Below are positions 21,492 to 34,404 of a stretch of 64,000 nucleotides of DNA, one piece after another; the first letter of the stretch is position 1; every line of letters starts with the position of its first letter. Under the pieces are notes generated by a model. That model did no database searches. It was given only the letters and a program-made list of their open reading frames with translations, and was not told where the DNA came from. The position numbers and the translations under genes are program-made. Source of the stretch: Octopus sinensis (Eukaryota); contig NC_043005.1 in NCBI RefSeq assembly GCF_006345805.1, positions 14,756,001-14,820,000 on the forward strand. The letters are read 5' to 3'.

Positions 21492-21880
21492 TGGAGGCGC
21501 AATGGCCCAGTGGTTAGGGCAGCGGACTCGCGGTTGTAGGATCGCGGTTTCGATTCCCAGACCGGGCGTTGTGAGTGTTTATTGAGCGAAAACAGCTAAA
21601 AAGCTCCACGAGGCTCCGGCAGGGGATGGTGGTGATCCCTGCTGTACTCTTTCACCACAACTTTCTCTCACTCTTTCTTCCTGTTTCTGTTGTACCTGTA
21701 TTTCAAAGGGCCGGCCTTGTCACTCTCTGTGTCACGCTGAATATCCCCGAGAACTACGTTAAGGGTACACGTGTCTGTGGAGTGCTCAGCCACTTACACA
21801 TTAATTTCACGAGCAGGCTGTTCCGTTGATTCGGATCAACCAGAACCCTCGTCGTCGTAACCGACGGAGTGCTTCCAATG
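21492..21880 (+). mobile_element. tRNA-derived SINE
   Basis: A-box tggcccagtggttagg, B-box ggtttcgattccc, ~300-nt body; head shared with 45655-45940. Confidence 0.85.
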
Positions 21881-22161
21881 GCAGTGAGACCTGCCCCATG
21901 CAAGTGTGGAAAAAGGGAACATTCAAATGATGATGATGATGATGATGATGATGATATCTATCCATCATTTGATCTTGTCATCTGTTATTTCTTTTGTCCA
22001 AGAATTTCCTCCTGATTGAGTGGTGCCACCAAGTTCATGGAGTTTATGACTGAGAAACAGCATCGGTCTTTTCAAGTCAATAATAATGTTTCAGTGTTTC
22101 ACAGATATTTTTGTCAATTTTTACTTATTTTTTTATCATTACTTTTTAAAAAATTTTTTAG

Positions 22162-22203
22162 GGAAATTCCAACCTGATCCAGGAGTTGACCATATGCAAA
22201 TAG
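22162..22203 (+). CDS. Candidate 42-nt exon (GKFQPDPGVDHMQI)
   Basis: ttttttag acceptor, AG|gtaatt donor; phase 1/1, compatible with 15388; unverified. Confidence 0.3.
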   Translation, partial: GNSNLIQELTICK

Positions 22204-23083
22204 GTAATTATTTTTATCGTTTGTAAATTTTTCATCTTGCAACCACATGGTATTACATTCAGTCCAGCTGCACAACACCATAGTCTGAACTGATGAATTC
22301 ACTATAGCCCTGGACCGACGACAAACCAATACTCTACAAGTGAATTTGGAGAACAGAAACTTTGTAATTATTCTCTGAGTATCACTGGAATGGTATCCAC
22401 CTAATGCCTGGGTCACGTTCTGTCATGGCTGTTTTAGCTATGGATATTAGCTAATGCCTCTCAAACAAGATTTTTATAACTGGGAGGAATCTTTTATCAA
22501 AACTCAAGTCTAAATTTAATTTGCACCATGAATGTCTGAAAGAGTTTAATCCTAATCTTATAATATTTCTATTCAAATAATCTTCTTTGTTCAAATCTAC
22601 TTTGAAAATAATGAAGAATTTAGTGAAATAATTTGTCATTATAAACTCTGAAAATCATATTTGAAAATTTTCCAAGTGAAAAGTCCACTCATGTAATGAT
22701 TCTGTGATAGAATACAAGTGAATGATGGGAGAAGGCCCCTTACAGTTTTCTCCTTCTTTCCTTAGAGAGTTCCTCACTTCCCTCCAAATGAACGTAAGCA
22801 AGGTTTGTGCATTTTCTCATGATATTGTGTCATGGTGCAATGAAGAGGTCTAATAAGACCAAAACATAACTAGAGTTATCACCCATACTTACCAATGACC
22901 AGACTCACTTCCTATGGCATTTCTCCAATTTTTTTATCCATTTTAATCTTGAAATTGTCTCTCAATTTTGACAGCATTTGTCATAAAACTAATTAATTTT
23001 TTAAAATCACATTAGTAATTTTAAATGATGATAGATTTGTTTTTGATTATTACATTAAATATATTAGCTTTCAGTTAAATATA

Positions 23084-23923
23084 CGAGGAGGTACCCAAAA
23101 GAAACTAGAAACGCTCTCTGTAGGACAAGCCAGTTGTAGTCCAGGCTTCAGCCAATAGAAGCCACTTAATGTGACCCTCAGGCATCAGTCTGCCAACTGG
23201 TGTCATTGAGTGAGGTCGTACTGTTTTGCAGTAATTCTCTCCTATTCATCGATTTCTACTGGGGAAAATGGCAGCCGAAACAGTTGTCATGCTTCAAACA
23301 GCTTACAAAGAGGCTGCCATGAGCAAAACATAAGTTTACAAGTGGTTTAGGAATGGTCACTCGTCACTTGAAGAGCAACCTTGTTCAGGGTGACTGTCAA
23401 CCTCTTGAACGAATGAAAACATCCTGAAAATTCATGAACTGATCTTGGAGGACAGGTACCAAAACATTGACAAACTTTTTGATATAACTGGTTTGTTCTG
23501 GAGCTGCTGTCAACAAATTTTGAGGGAGGAATCAGGAATGAAAAAAGTTACTGTAAAATTTGTGGCTCACTTGCTCAGAGAAGATGAAAAGAAGTCACAA
23601 CTGAATGAATGTCATCAGCTGAAAGAAGAGTTGCAAGTTGATGTGGACTTTTTTTTTTAAAGTTCATCACTGGTGATGAAAGCTGGTGCTACAGAATTTG
23701 CAGATGCTGAAAAGGTGAAGAAAAAAACGATGGAGATATTAAAAGGCATCACTTTAGAAGAGTTCCAGGACTGCTTCCAACAGTGGGAAACGACCCTGGA
23801 CTGATGCATTGATTGAAATGGAGAATACTTTGAAGGTCATAAAAATGTAAACATGTAAAACTAAATGAATAAAATAATACTGCAAAATTCCAGTTTCTTT
23901 TGGCTACCCCCTCTACCTCCTCG
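23084..23923 (+). mobile_element. Mariner (DD34D) internal-deletion derivative
   Basis: TA|CGAGGAGGT...ACCTCCTCG|TA termini; decayed ILREESGMKKV and ITGDESWCY motifs plus the C-terminal helix region. Confidence 0.9.
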
Positions 23924-24282
23924 TACATAAAATAATGTTTCACTGAATGTCTTATTCTTTTCTTCTTTAGTTGTTGGCCTCTTTTCAGTCTTCATATTTT
24001 TCTTGATCATCATCATCATCGTTGTCGGTATCAGGTAAATCTTATATATTATTTATCTTTATTTTCATATTATTTCCTTTCTGTGTGTGTGTGTGTCTAT
24101 GTGTGTTAATCTGTATGCTTATATGTGTTTGTATTTGTCTGTGTGTTTCTCTAAAATATAGTAAAGAGGACATTACCAAAGTGTTTGTGTGTGTGTGTAT
24201 GTGTGTGGATATATGTGATATTCTCCTACCATCTTTATGCATGGCCACAAACTATATTCCACTCTCTCTCTCTCACTTTCCA

Positions 24283-24428
24283 CCTGTCTCTTCTCCCTTT
24301 CACAGATAAACACCACCGCAACCCTTCCGTATTCTACTCTCTGATCCCAGAAATCTTCCAGTCTCTTCTCCTTTTCACAGATAAACACCACTGCAACCCT
24401 TCCGTATTCTACTCTCTGATCCCAGAAC
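24283..24428. repeat. ~75-bp tandem duplication
   Basis: tctcttctcc...gtattctactctctgatcccagaa occurs twice. Confidence 0.85.
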
Positions 24429-24459
24429 CATACCTATCTTCCTTACACCAAGATGAGCA

Positions 24460-24905
24460 TCCCATAAATCTTCCAGTAAGAAGCCCCACATTGGCCAGCC
24501 CCAGGCAAGAAGGCACTTATTAATGTGTTTGCCAGCGATGCAACTCCTGTCTCTATATTAACAATACTACAACCATCACTGGGCCTAAGAGACAACATCC
24601 TATTACACAGAACTTCTAACCTTAAATATTGCATCACCTACAAATTGTGTGACACCTTTATGGCACATTGGGGAAACAGGCTGACACCTTGCTGATCACT
24701 TCTGGGAGCATATTTAAAGCCATGTACTTCATTTGCTGGGACAACCTGTCACCACCCCAACACTACAGGGCATTCCATGGTATGTATCAATATCTGGCAT
24801 TGATACACGCCACGGATCCACTTTCTCAAGAAAACAGAAAGCAACAACGTTTCATATTTGAACCTGGAACCCAGTCACCGACAGGTTTATACTGAACGTT
24901 TTTCC
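24460..24905 (+). mobile_element. Penelope-like GIY-YIG relic
   Basis: C-x2-C linker, HIGETG, QQRFIFEPGTQSPTGL...ERF motifs across frameshifts. Confidence 0.8.
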
Positions 24906-25309
24906 TTGTGTCTGAAATGTTTGGTTTCCCACCCCTTTCAGCAAGTTCACTCTACTCTTTTATCAAATGACTACAATAAATACATACGTACGTACAAACA
25001 TACATCACACATACACCATTTCATAGTTGGCCTCAACAGACTTCAGCCACATCCCTGCTATATTCTTGGGATATTTGTTTGTTTGTCAAATTACTTCTCT
25101 TCTAAAGATCACGGTCTTTTATAATAATGGAATGTTCTCATTCTTCTGTTAAAAAGTTACGTGAGAAATACCTGTAATAAGCTAACAATTCTCTATATGT
25201 TATTATTCATTTGATTATGTATAAATATATGTGACACACATGTGTAAAAATTAACAGGTAAACCCCATCAGTATTTCAATATCTTCTTTCCTTTGTTCAT
25301 TTCACTAAT

Positions 25310-25700
25310 GCATGCGATGCATATATGGATGAGGACAGCTGCATAAAGAAGTGCTGAGCTCTAATTGTAGAGGAAATCTGTGGAAGGGGTAGACCAAAGA
25401 ATGCGTGGGACGAAATGGGGGAGAAAGGATCTGTGGATTATAGGCCCCACTGAGGAAATGACAAGGGAGTGGCGATTTGCTGTGCTTGAGAAGACACATC
25501 AAGCAAAGACAAACAGGTTTGTCCTTCACAGGGACCAGTGCTGTGTAGTCATACCTGTGCAGTTGGCATGTAAAAAGCATCCAGTACCCTCTGTTAAGGG
25601 GTTGGCATTAGGAACGACATCTAGCTGTAGAAACCATGCAACAACAGGTAATTGGATTCTGGACAGGTCCTCAACTGGCCAGCTCCATGTGAAATGAGAA
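25310..25700 (+). mobile_element. Old RTE 3' fragment
   Basis: MDEDSCIKKC...GRGRPK and a decayed 3' UTR core. Confidence 0.75.
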
Positions 25701-25779
25701 GCTTATTGCAACTATGCTTGTATGTATGTATGTATGTAATCTATGCATGTATGTAATGTGTATGTAATATATGTATGTA

Positions 25780-26230
25780 TGTGTATCCCTTCTTCAGCTT
25801 CCCACCAGTTTCAGATCAGTACTCCCTTATGCATCTGTCCTTGTCCATACACATCACATGATCATACCAGTGCAGTCTCCTCTCTTGCACACAACATCTG
25901 TTGCCACTCATATCCAAATATTCCTCTCAAATCACTTACACTCGGTTATACATGCACACACTGACATTACCCATCCAGTGGAGCATGCTGGTTTCATTCC
26001 TTTCAGGCATCCGTATCTCCTTTGTAGCCACAACCCATGCTTCACTGCCATGAGGCATAGTTCTTCTTACATAGGCATCATACATTCTGCCTTTCATAGT
26101 GACGGGGAGGCCCCTTGTGACGAACAAAGGTAGTACTTACCCAAACTTTGCCCAGCCTATTCTTATTCTAGCAAGTAGGCTTTCAGAACATCCTCCTTCA
26201 TTGCTAACTTAGTTACCAAGGTAACAGATA
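25780..26230 (-). mobile_element. Old RTE ORF C-terminal fragment
   Basis: KGRMYDAYVRRTMPHGSEAW...ERNETSML. Confidence 0.8.
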
Positions 26231-26342
26231 TTATCGACTAGACCCAAGAATTTTGTACACACACACACACACATACACTTACCCTCACCCATCATCATCA
26301 TCATCATCATATATATATATATATATATATTGTCTGTTGTAG

Positions 26343-26574
26343 GTACCGGATGCTGAGAAACAACTTAAGCTTTAGTCACACAACACCTCGAGACTCTAAA
26401 GAAAGCCAAAGTCACACATCAACACCTCAAGACGCTAGAAAAAGAAATCATAGTTACACATCAACTCCTCAAAGTAAGGACTCTATTCCCATGCAAGATG
26501 ACAGGTTGGATGACACCTCAGAACCCAGTAGCAACTCAGTCCCTCCACGGCAAACCACAGAAATATATTATTAA
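26343..26574 (+). CDS. Candidate terminal exon (YRMLRNNLSFSHTTPRD...TEIYY*)
   Basis: tgtctgttgtag acceptor; 76 open codons with three ~13-aa S/T-P repeats; AT-rich sequence follows; no homology recognised. Confidence 0.3.
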
Positions 26575-26849
26575 ATTTATTCTCATTAAATTTATTAATC
26601 TAATTTACATTGAATATTTTTTTTATCGATTACAATAAGTAAAGATTACAACAAATTTTTTTCAGAAATTGCGTAAAAAATCGGATTAAGCACTTTGGCA
26701 GCTTGGCTGATTTGGGTAAGTTGGTAGGAGGTCAAAAAATAAAAAGGTCAATAAATGTATAAAAAAAACCAAAAAAGACATATCCTTTGCATGCAAGGCG
26801 GTCATAAATGTATATAAAAAGTAAATCTCTTTAAGTCTGGCAGCACCGC

Positions 26850-27555
26850 AGTAACAGAATTTTGAGTATTTTAAAGAACAGTAAAGAATAATTCTAACAT
26901 TTTCAGGAAGGAGGTAAGAAATTCTATTTAACATACCAAGAGTACGGGTATTTTGTTTTAATAAATTGCTTATATGTGTTTTCAAACTGAGTGACTCATC
27001 AATATGAATGCTGAGAAATTTTGTTGATGTTACATGTGAAATTGCTTTACCTGTGGTGAGGACATTAGTCAGAAGCTGTTTGGGCTTTGTGGAGAAAAGC
27101 ATGGAACAGCTCATTTTTTTAATATCAAGGGTAAGCCAGTTAGCGATAAGCCATTGATAAACCCTGTCCAGTTCTGAATTAATTGTATTGAATAGGGAAG
27201 GAAGGTCCTGGTGACTAATAAAAATAGTAGAGTCATCAGCAAAGTGTAGAAAATTTCATAAATTAGTAATGGGCTCAGTACGGACCCCTGGGGGACTCCT
27301 AGATTTATAGTAGATAATGGTGATTTTGATGTTTGAACAGAAACATACTGTTTGCGCTGTGAGAGGTACGATCTAAACCAACAATATATCTGAATGTACA
27401 GAATCGAATGCTTTACTGATATCTAAGTAAAGTGCAAGGAAGTATTTAGAGATGTTTAGTGAACTGTTGGCATGATCTAGAAATTCAAGGATTGCATCAG
27501 CAGTACTTAAGTTTTCTCTAAAGCCAAATTGGAGATTTGATAGTATTTTGAGACT
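26850..27555 (-). mobile_element. Decayed CR1/L2-group LINE reverse transcriptase
   Basis: [37 protein letters not shown] motifs with stops and frameshifts. Confidence 0.85.
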
Positions 27556-27582
27556 GAGAAATGACTGTAATCTCTTGTACAT

Positions 27583-27835
27583 TCATCATCATCATCATTT
27601 AACGTCCGCTTTCCATGCTAGCATGGGTTGGACGATTTGACCGAGGACTGGAGAACTAGATGGCTCCAATCTTGATCTGGCAGAGTTTCTACAGCTGGAT
27701 GCCCTTCCTAATGCCAACCACTCTGAGAGTGTAGTGGGTGCTTTCATGTGCCACTGGCACAAGGGCCAGTTTAGCAGTACTGGCAACGACCTCGTTCGAA
27801 TGTTTTTTCACGTGCCAGTAAGGCAACGCTGGTAA
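27583..27835 (-). mobile_element. RTE 3' UTR copy
   Basis: (CAT)n tail and core motif. Confidence 0.85.
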
Positions 27836-27849
27836 CAAAAATCTTTGAG

Positions 27850-28265
27850 AGAGTATTTAATCTACCCCGAAAGGCTGAAAGGCGAAGTCGACGTCGGTGG
27901 AATTTGAACTCAGAACGTAACGGCAGACTAAATACTGCTAAGCACTTCGCCCGGCGTGCTGACGTTTCTGCCAGCTCGCCGCCCTTGGTGTATAGAATAT
28001 TAAATTGAGAAAATTGTACAATAAATGAATATATATTTCTTTACTACCCACAAGGGGCTAAACACAGAGGGGACAAACAAGGACAGACAAACGGATTAAG
28101 TCGATTACATTGATCCCAGTGCGTAACTGGTACTTAATTTATCGACTCCGAAAGGATGAAAGGCAAAGTTGACCTCGGCGGAATTTGAACTCAGAACGTA
28201 GCGGCAGACGAAATATTACTAAGCATTTCGCCCGTCGTGCTAACGTTTCTGCCAGCTTGCCGCCC
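27850..28265 (-). mobile_element. Two tandem tRNA-derived SINEs with a Deu/Nin-like core
   Basis: Core gtcgactttgcctttcatcctttcggggtcgataaattaagtaccag; copies at 27850-27983 and 28034-28264. Confidence 0.88.
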
Positions 28266-28619
28266 TTGGTGTATAGAATATTAAAATGAGAAAATTGTAC
28301 AATAAATGAATATAATTAAATGCACATGTAATCTATATACTAGGCATGCACTGAGTTTTTCTTATTGTTTAATCTATCAAACCTTGCCATGAGTGTATAC
28401 ATACATACACACGTATATATATATACAATATTAAGAGGAATATACACACGCGTTACATACATGGGTACATTCCGTGTTATCTATTTAATTCTAATACACA
28501 CCTTCAAATGTTTGAGTCTTCGCTAATCTAATGAAAGGTTTTGTAATTAAGTTGCCTTCGTGGAAAACAAAAGTACTCATCATGCTCATTAATTTAATTA
28601 CCCCCAATGTTGCTAACCG

Positions 28620-28840
28620 GTATAAAAGACCCGCTACCATCAACAAATTCGAAGGCAGGCAGTGAACGAAGCTTTCTGATTGGTCGCCTCTTCGTTTACT
28701 ACACTGAAAATTCAATGTAGTAACTTCCTAATGATCTTTGTAACGAGCTTTCTGAATGGTCGAAACCTAACAACGATGTTTGGCCGAAAGCTCCATACCA
28801 CGTGAATTTTCGCTCTCTTCGTTTGTTTAGCGGGAAATAG
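28620..28840 (+). promoter_or_regulatory. USP37: Probable promoter of the USP37-like gene
   Basis: Repeat-free CpG-retaining island; ATTGG 28679-28683 inside a duplicated gctttctga(t/a)tggtcg motif; CACGTG 28799-28804; GCGGGAAA 28830-28837; downstream donor at 28996|gtaagt. Confidence 0.55.
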
Positions 28841-28996
28841 TCTTTGCACCGGTAGTAATAGTAGTCCTATTAATAATAGTATTAGTAGTAGTAGTATAAG
28901 TGTTTCTTTTTTGGTATATTTTTAGCAGTTTTATTTATTCCTTGATCTTACCAACGTTGTTGTGTTATGTCTCGTTAACTTACCTTGTTTTGTATG
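28800..28996 (+). other. USP37: Probable non-coding first exon (start approximate)
   Basis: Consensus donor ATG|gtaagt followed by a T-rich intron start; TSS unknown. Confidence 0.4.
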
Positions 28997-31900
28997 GTAA
29001 GTAATATAATTATTTTTATAACCTAATCTATTTTCTAAATATGATTTTTTTCGTCCTTTTTTGATTTTGTGTTTAATATATATTTAATTTACTATGGAAT
29101 ATTTCTTGTTATAAAGTTATATAAACAACAGGTGTCTATCTCTTTATAACCAGTATTGATTACTTAAGATATTTTGCTTTTCTTGATTAGATACCTTATG
29201 GAAGATTGTTTAGTCAAAGTGTATGGCATAATTACATAGCCGGTACATATTTATAGGTCCTTACTTTATCTGTTTGGTTGTGACAGTTGAAACTTTTCAC
29301 TCGCAATTTCTTCATATTTCGGCCTCAAATAATAATAAAAAAATCAATATTAAATAAACAAAGTTATAAGTTTAATGAGAACATGTGGAGAATGAATAGG
29401 TGTTTATTGACACGAATGAACTCAAGCACTTAAGTCTTTGGTGACTCAACAATGCCAAATAATCATTTATCACAGATTTTATCAACCTTAGTCGACCTTC
29501 GTCAGTAACTATGAATTGTAAAGGATGAAACTAAATACTGAACTGAATTTATAGTCTCTCCCGCGCTCATTTTATATATATATGATGTGTGTGTGTATGT
29601 TTATGGCGATGGAGTTAGTTGAAGCAAAAAGGATGTCTTGAAACGAATTCTGGTATTTGGTTTTACCATTCGGTATTCTGTGTTCTAATCTCGCTGAGGT
29701 CAGTTTAATCTTTTGTGTCTTCGATATCCCTTAATATAAATAGGTCGATTTTATCGACTTAATCCGAACTCTGTATAAAATAGAAAAAACACTATATTAT
29801 GGCGCTTCTTTCAAGATTTACTTACTAATCACGCTTTGTTCATCTTAATGTCATGGGGTTCTTTCCGCCTTTCATGTCTTTTAATGTTCCTGTAACAAGT
29901 TCCTGCTAATGAGATACTAATGTGGAAATCGATCAAACTTAGCCTTGTCCATTTTGGGAAGATCGATAATTTAATGTCAGACTTTTCATTTAAAGTTGCA
30001 CAATAAATACTTCCTTCTCAGTTGTTGCTGTTTTCGTTTTTTTTTTCCTTCTTAGTCTAACGGAAGATTGAGGCCTCCTTGTTCTAACAACTTTTTCTTA
30101 AATATAAAAGAATTTTACCTACTTCAGAATTTATTTCAAAATCTGTTAAATACTAGTTATATATATACGCACAATTTAATGCCGGTAAACTTCAAGTACT
30201 CAGTCAATAACGTTACAATGTGTAATGAATGAATACAAGGTTTTTGAGTTATTAAATTTCTAGGAAATTCTAAGTATTTTTCATGGAAGATAAAATCTTT
30301 TATGTAAAGATATTTTAAAATTGTGGTTGCCGATGGGGTTTTTTTTTTCTTTTATTGATTATATTCTATCGTTTGTTTTGTCTGTTCTTGACCATAACTT
30401 TTTCATCGCCAAAATTTCGAAGTTGGAGCCAATTATATCGTTATTAAATCTTTGCTGTATTTCTTATTAATATTCGGTACTCGACATATATATTTCAAGT
30501 AACACGTTATCTTTCACATAATCTTTTTTTTGCAATGTATTTATTAATTATGAAAAGATGTTTATTTCTACAGTCACATTTTAAATTTTATAACATTTAA
30601 ATATAAAAAAACTTTATCTTTTTTTTTTTATCTTATATTGTGTCAAAGTACCGATCTGGCGCTCTCATGTTTTTACGTTTAGTCTTTGAGCAATCCTATC
30701 ATAATGTAATCATTGTTATTTAGTAATTAAGTAAAAATCTAATTGCAGGACGATAACCTATGTAATATTTCATTTCGCCTCTACGTTTTATGCAATTCTC
30801 TGGCGGGTCGATACAAAAATCAAAATAATGTTTGAACTAATTGTTCATCCTCTTGTCACCTCTAGTTGAGCCGTCCCATTATTAAATGTTTCCAGTTGTG
30901 GATATTCCATCTTTTTTACGGGTGTCAAAAGATACATTAAACGTGTTCTTTCTGTTTTAAAACAGTAGGATAAGGTTTGAGAAATCTTGCTGCTATTTCT
31001 AGAAGCTTAAGCGACCACTTACAAGACCTGTTGGCTCGTAGATGCCAGTAAACTAGTATACATTCAATCGCCTATATCCATCACTTAGGTAAATTAAATT
31101 GGCTTTATATTGTAAGTAGAAGTATATTTTTAAAAATAATGGTGATTTCAGTAATGATAATTTTCGCTGTTACTCCAGTAACTGCTAATAATAAACAAAA
31201 AGCAGCGTATTAAGAAAATTTAAGATCAGTGCCTTTGCGAAAGCGGGAAGCGAAATAGGCTCCTGGCTCGCTATGAATTTGCTTAAGCAATGTTATAAAT
31301 GTTTTTAGTATATCCCATTCAAAACTTTAACACAGACGAAGAAGAAAGTGAGATGTGGTGGCTTTATGCTCTCTCCATGAATATCACAACCTCAGTGAAG
31401 TGTCTGCAGGCACTTCACGATTTTCTTTTGGTTTGGAGATTTTGGAGGTTGTGACTTTCATGTTTTTCTCAAGCGTCATTAGTGAAATTGAATAATGAAG
31501 CGGGCATTTGTTTTAATCAATTGTTCTGCCGCTTCTGAAGCCAGTCAGTTTGTTTTGTCCTGATAGCAAAACTACAGATAGAATAGGCTCGTGTCCTTGG
31601 GTATTGTCTATTTTGGGATAGCACTAGGTGGATTTTTAAAAATTTTTGCACGCCATGTCCCTTAATTGTACTATTCTTTGGTGGTGGTGGGGCTCTGTCG
31701 ATAGAACGGCAGAACAAAGATTTGTCTATTCAATGTTATTTACCAACTATATTTTTCAACTATGGCTTTTGAAACCAACGCAATTTGCGATCCTTCCGCA
31801 GAATCATTCTAGTCTTACAGTTCTATTGAAACAACTGGGGAACGGTTTCATGGTACATGGCTCTGTGAAAATACTCATTAGCCATTGTACAAGGTAATTC

Positions 31901-32397
31901 TGCTAGGCGTCCTCTTGTCTTTCTGCTAATCTATTTTGTAGCGAATATATAGTTTATAAAACTGTCAATATGTAATCACTAACAGGATGTAAGGCTTTGT
32001 GAGTAATACAGACCAAATTTTAATGTAATTCTAGGTTTTGTTCTACCATTAAGCTGTGATAAAGGTCTGGTTAATAATAGTGATATAAACTATTTGAAGA
32101 GGATATTGAAAACCGCGTGGGAGACTCGGCCTTTTTCGGGAATTCTGTTTTGTGGTGAGGACTAGAACAGGAGGTAATATTCCAAGGAATGTGGTTTCGA
32201 TTCTCGGTTGGGAGCCATTTCATTTCTCTTATGCTACTTGCGCTCTTAGAAAACCAAAGGCGTAAACTTAATATTCGTTGTAGTCATTTTCTAATTCAAT
32301 TGCAGATATGCGATTGTAGCTATGCTTACTAATTACGTGGTTCTGGTTCGATACCACATTGGGCAATTAGAACTTTTTTTTTAATATACAGAAACTG

Positions 32398-32550
32398 AGG
32401 GCGGGCGAAATGATTAGTGGTATTTCGTCTGTCGTTACGTTGTGAGTTCAAATTCCGCCTTTCATCCTTTCGGGGTCGATAAATAAGTAGCAGTTGCGTA
32501 CTGGGATCTATCTAATCTACTAGCCCTCTCCCTAAAAATTTCAGTACCTA
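32398..32550 (+). mobile_element. Deu/Nin-like SINE fragment
   Basis: gttcaaattccgcctttcatcctttcggggtcgataa core. Confidence 0.8.
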
Positions 32551-34404
32551 AAGTAGAAAAGAATATACAGAAACTGATACAAAATCTGCCAGGAGCGATC
32601 GTTTCTGTTCTTTGAGCGTATGCTTAATCCATCGCCTAGTTTAAGACCACCATTTGGCTTCTTTTTTTTTTCTTTTGTTCTTTTAACGGAGTCTATTTTG
32701 TTGTGAACATGCTGGTCAAAAGGCTCAGATCTAAGGATTTACTTGATCACATTCTGCCACATTGTTTTGAAGGCACTTAGAGAGTCGTGGGTGCTTCCCT
32801 TCGTTAAGACAGACCAAAGCCCCGTGTCGCAAAAGGCAACGGGTTGGTATCTTTCTGACACTAACCCGTTGCTTCGAAATATCCCGTCTAGCCCATAACA
32901 TTGGAAAAGTGAATGTAAACATGATACTGTTGATCATATGACTAATTTGTTGCAATGTACAGAAAGCATTCCCGATTTCATAAGAAGCTTTTGCGTAGGT
33001 CGTTTTCTAACACTATATCAGACTTGGATGGGCAAACTGTTCTAGCTGTGACCAGTGTCTTTTATTCAGAAAAAGGTTTTCATTTGTGTATATTAGTCTC
33101 TCTCTCATTCAGTACTGTAGCTGTCGAGAAACTGCTCGTGTTTACAACTAGGTGGACTATCATTTTATGTTTACAGGGTACATAGTCAAAAGTTTAGATT
33201 TGACTACGGATACTTACTGGAAACGAACTGTTGAACCCAGCTGACCGACCTCGCCAGCTTTTTGCTCTGTCATATTACACTCCACACACACACATACTAT
33301 GTAACAATGTTTTATCTTGGCAGCAGTAACTGCCCACGTGTTAACATAATATTCACTGTAAAACACTTGAAATATGCTCGGTCATTTAATTTTGCTTTAG
33401 TAAATTAATTAAACCAGGTCAATTTTTTGATTACACATACTACGATAATTAGTACTTCTCATTTCACAAATTATAAAATATCAAAATATTTACATCCGCT
33501 TTCACAATCCATTCTGGACTATTCGACCTGAAATACTGTAGTTTTTCTTTCTGCATTTATAATTTCGTTAATAATAAAACATGGGGTATGTATATATGTG
33601 TGTGTGTGTATCTTAGTTGTAGTCTTACAAAAGTAATGTAATCTTAGCTACACTCTCAAAAGATGGTATAGTTATATCTGGATGTTGATTGCTAGGCTGA
33701 CCTGGAGCTCAACTAAAAATCCCCTAGGAGTTTAAAAGGTCATTTAGATATAATTTGCAATTTCATTGATTGTCTGTGATCTTTTACATTGTAAAAACAC
33801 TTATTTCGATAGAAAATCTTAAGAAAATTAGTCAATCATAATTTTGAGGAAGTGAAAATTTAAAATGAAACTAATTCAGCAACATAATACTTTCGATTTT
33901 TCATGTTTAACTCAGCGATTGTGAATATTTTGATTATGTATTTAGAACGAGAAATAGATTTTACGAAAGACACTTCAAAAAATGGCTAATCGTTTGTTCT
34001 TCTTAGCTGTGTGTAATATTTTCTATTTAACATGTAAATAAAAGTACCTGCTGTTTGTCAACAACTTGACTGATCATGATCAGGGATCCACGAAACTGAA
34101 TCGCATCATATTTAGTAATTGATGGAAAAGCCATGTGGTGTGGTGAAGAAATGGTTCTGTGCTCGACCTTAGTCGAGTTTACTAATTGCATGTTTTATGA
34201 ACGTCAGTTATGTCCCTCTATACTCTGAAGTCAAACTCTGCTTTGAGTCGACTCCTAGCTTCACTCTCCCAGAAAATATTAAATACGTATGTCGGAATAT
34301 CTCTGGGTTAATTCATTATGCTATAATTTTGTAGTTTGACAAATGCCTTTGTACCCAGGTGACAAATATCAAGACAAGCAGTCATTGACGAATAATAATT
34401 AGTT

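Noticed and set aside
21492-21575. tRNA gene (also 35509-35575 and 45865-45940)
   Set aside because: A and B boxes are present, but there is no clean cloverleaf or T-run terminator and each continues into a repeat body; these are SINE heads.
22114-22639. Minus-strand ORFs of 100 and 62 aa as exons of a gene divergent from the USP37 promoter
   Set aside because: No recognisable homology and no convincing minus-strand splice sites; the better splice signals here are on the plus strand.
25310-26230. Twin-priming inversion of one RTE insertion
   Set aside because: The pieces are convergent and overlap in element coordinates, whereas twin priming puts the inverted 5' part upstream; more likely two old copies.
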